Shown here piece after piece: positions 62,137 through 64,000 of a stretch of DNA of 64,000 bases. The number at the start of each line of letters is the position of its first letter. Positions within the stretch are counted from its first letter, which is position 1. Origin of the DNA: an uncultured Candidatus Saccharibacteria bacterium (GTDB lineage: Bacteria; Patescibacteriota; Saccharimonadia; Saccharimonadales; CAZDQS01). The stretch is taken from assembly GCA_964507855.1 (NCBI GenBank), contig CAZDQS010000001.1, forward strand, positions 102,121 to 166,120, written 5' to 3'. The position numbers and the translations under genes are program-made. Below the pieces are notes generated by a model that was not told where the DNA came from, did not search any database, and was given only the letters and a program-made list of their open reading frames with translations.

Positions 62137-62742
62137 ATGCGCAGTGTTGGAATTTTTGCCGGTACGTTTGATCCGATTCATGTCGGGCATATTGCGGTGT
62201 GCTTGGATGCCAAGCAAAAGTTTGGGTTAGGGCAGGTGCAGCTGATGGTCGAGCCGCAGCCGTGGCGGAAAGCCGACGTGACCCCCTACGACCTGCGTTA
62301 TGAAATGTGCCTGCTGGCGACCCAGGCCTACCCTGACATTATTCTCGAATATTCACAAGAAGAGCGGTTTAGCGTCGCCTCAACCTTACCGGCGCTTATG
62401 GGCAAATATGAAGGCATGAACGTGTACTACATCGTCGGGGCGGATGAGTTTGCCTATTTGCCTCAGTGGCAGGACATCAGCTCTTTTGTAGCGGCTGTCG
62501 GATTCATCGTGGCATTACGAGCCGGGCAAGACGAGGGTTCCGTGCAGCAAACGCTTAAGAAGTTACACGAGGTAACCGGCATCAGTCCGCGCTGTGAGGT
62601 GTTTGAGAGCACGTTGCCGGCTGTGTCTTCGACCGTCGTTAAGCAGGATTTGCGCGAATCGGGCCACAGTGATTTTCTTGATCCGCAGGTGCAGGCTTAC
62701 ATTAAAAGCCATAAGCTTTATGCTCCTGGGCCGGTCGGGTAG
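62137..62742 (+). CDS. nadD: nicotinate-nucleotide adenylyltransferase
   Basis: I chose ATG 62137 (MRSVGIFAGTFDPIHVGHI, the HxGH nucleotidyltransferase motif) over track start 62080, which overlaps the upstream gene. Confidence 0.8.
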   Translation: MRSVGIFAGTFDPIHVGHIAVCLDAKQKFGLGQVQLMVEPQPWRKADVTPYDLRYEMCLLATQAYPDIILEYSQEERFSVASTLPALMGKYEGMNVYYIVGADEFAYLPQWQDISSFVAAVGFIVALRAGQDEGSVQQTLKKLHEVTGISPRCEVFESTLPAVSSTVVKQDLRESGHSDFLDPQVQAYIKSHKLYAPGPVG

Positions 62743-62755
62743 AATAGACGTATAC

Positions 62756-63427
62756 ATGGCCTATAGAAAAATCAGACACTATACAAAACTCAAACGAGAA
62801 ATCCGCCGCACCCACCGAGAGTTGCGGCGGCACCAACGGCGGCTGCACAAACAGCATATTGAGCAGCTGGGTTGGCACAAGAAATGGAAGCACTGGCGGT
62901 ACAAGAACACCACCCTGTTGATTGTCAGCATGTTCGTGTTCTTTGTCCTGGCAACCACAGAATTTATGCGGAACCTCATTAGCATGCTTGGGTCGACCGG
63001 CTACCTGGGTGCTTTCTTGATGGGGGCGCTCCTCGTGTCGGTCTTTACGGCCGCACCGGCGATAGTGGTGCTGTTCAATCTGGCCAACCACCTGCCGCCA
63101 GTTGAGATTGCGCTGCTGGCAGGTGCAGGCGCAGTCGTCGGTGATTATGTGCTGTTTCGCTACCTCAAGGATAATGTTTTTGAAGAGCTGGCACCGCTAT
63201 TTCGTAAGGTAACTACTCATCGTGTCTCCAAATTGTTCTACACGCCGTACTTTATGTGGTTAACGCCTATTTTGGGCGCGATTATTATCGCGTCGCCTGG
63301 CCCGGATGAGATCGGTATTGGGCTTTTGGGTTTAAGCAAAATCAAGGAATGGCAGTTTATTCTCATGACATTCGCGCTCAATTTCACCGGTATCTTGATA
63401 ACCATTTTGGTGGCGCAGGCTACGTAA
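62756..63427 (+). CDS. hypothetical membrane protein
   Basis: I chose ATG 62756 (MAYRKIRHYTKLKREIRR...) over track start 62594, which lies inside nadD. It has a basic N-terminus and then 4-5 TM segments. Confidence 0.45.
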   Translation: MAYRKIRHYTKLKREIRRTHRELRRHQRRLHKQHIEQLGWHKKWKHWRYKNTTLLIVSMFVFFVLATTEFMRNLISMLGSTGYLGAFLMGALLVSVFTAAPAIVVLFNLANHLPPVEIALLAGAGAVVGDYVLFRYLKDNVFEELAPLFRKVTTHRVSKLFYTPYFMWLTPILGAIIIASPGPDEIGIGLLGLSKIKEWQFILMTFALNFTGILITILVAQAT

Positions 63428-63431
63428 GCGC

Positions 63432-64000
63432 TTAGGCTTCTTGGGCCGCCGGTTCGAAGTGGGTTTGTAGGTACGCGATGTGTTTGTCGCGGTAGTGTTT
63501 GAACTCGGTCTTGCTGAAGCCGTTGCGCCGAATGAAGGAATTGATTTTTTCGCTACCGATGTAATGGGGCAACATGACGTATGAAGCACCGCTGCTGTAG
63601 AGCTCGGATGCATGCTCCGCAGTGTCAGCCGAGCAGACAAAGACGGCGGACGGGTTGTGGGTGTTTAACCAATCGGCCAACAGCAGGTTGGTCTTTTGGT
63701 CGCTGATGGTAGAAACCACCAGCTTTGATTTGTCGATGTTCATTTCGTCAAGCAGCTCCGGGTCGGATGCGTCGCCGTAGAGATATTGGAGGTCGTGGTG
63801 TTCGAGCACGTCAATAACCTCAGGGTCATAGTCAACCACGACGAACCTCCGGTTCATCTGCCGGAATGTTTTGATAAAGTCCGGCCCGCCCTTACGATAG
63901 CCAAACAGAACGATAGGGTAGTGCCGGTTTTGGCCAGCTTGTGTCCGGCGAACCACCTTCCGCTCAAAGAACCTGAGATGCCGTTCCAGGAGGCGAAACA
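63432..64000 (-). CDS. RCK/TrkA-N domain protein (probable K+ channel or transporter regulatory subunit), 5' end outside the window
   Basis: The NAD-binding RCK pattern is present: IVLFGYRKGGPDFIKTF...FVVVDYDPEVIDVLE...YLYGDASDPELL. The frame stays open upstream of GTG 63956 to the window edge. Confidence 0.6.
   Translation of the reverse strand, partial: FRLLERHLRFFERKVVRRTQAGQNRHYPIVLFGYRKGGPDFIKTFRQMNRRFVVVDYDPEVIDVLEHHDLQYLYGDASDPELLDEMNIDKSKLVVSTISDQKTNLLLADWLNTHNPSAVFVCSADTAEHASELYSSGASYVMLPHYIGSEKINSFIRRNGFSKTEFKHYRDKHIAYLQTHFEPAAQEA

Noticed and set aside
1-64000. Search for tRNA/rRNA genes, CRISPR arrays, transposases, integrases, and phage or toxin-antitoxin modules
   Set aside because: No spacer longer than about 300 nt contains a cloverleaf-like or rRNA-like sequence. 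No ORF shows DDE/tyrosine/serine recombinase motifs, and no short-repeat arrays were seen. These absences rest on visual inspection only; tRNAscan/Infernal/ISfinder would be needed to confirm them.

Overview
This window looks like the replication-origin neighbourhood of a compact bacterial chromosome. The taxon cannot be determined without a search. The tight gene packing, the Lys-rich YidC tail and the surface-glycan content suggest a small-genome monoderm or CPR/Saccharibacteria-like organism, but this is inference only. The minus strand carries recF, a four-helix-bundle gene, dnaN and dnaA. A cluster of consensus DnaA boxes follows, then rpmH-rnpA-yidC-jag on the plus strand. From about 8.2 kb there is a large surface SGNH-hydrolase gene and a low-GC island. 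The island holds four tandem paralogous membrane-anchored Cys-motif proteins and a duplicated remnant of a glycosyltransferase 3' end. About 43 kb (13.8-57.3 kb) is one large cell-surface glycan locus. It contains: gmd-rmd-wzm-wzt with a WbdD-like methyltransferase-kinase and several GT4s (the logic of the Pseudomonas CPA / E. coli O9a pathways); a sulfation module (sulfotransferase, fused ATP sulfurylase/APS kinase, CysQ); three GtrB-like GT2s; two GtrA-GT-C fusion proteins and a stand-alone GtrA; ugd, manC, a PMM-like HAD, galE and glmS; a WbaP-like initiating transferase; an O-antigen-ligase-like protein; and uppP. The most unusual region is 59.17-62.13 kb. A compact candidate cobalamin riboswitch with an intrinsic terminator sits in front of an uncharacterised operon. 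That operon encodes a 452-aa zinc-ribbon protein, a chain of overlapping tiny Cys-rich ORFs (two of which end in the identical decapeptide KCCEGAPLYE, kept by silent substitutions only) and a polytopic membrane protein. By eye I found no rRNA, tRNA, CRISPR array, transposase or integrase.
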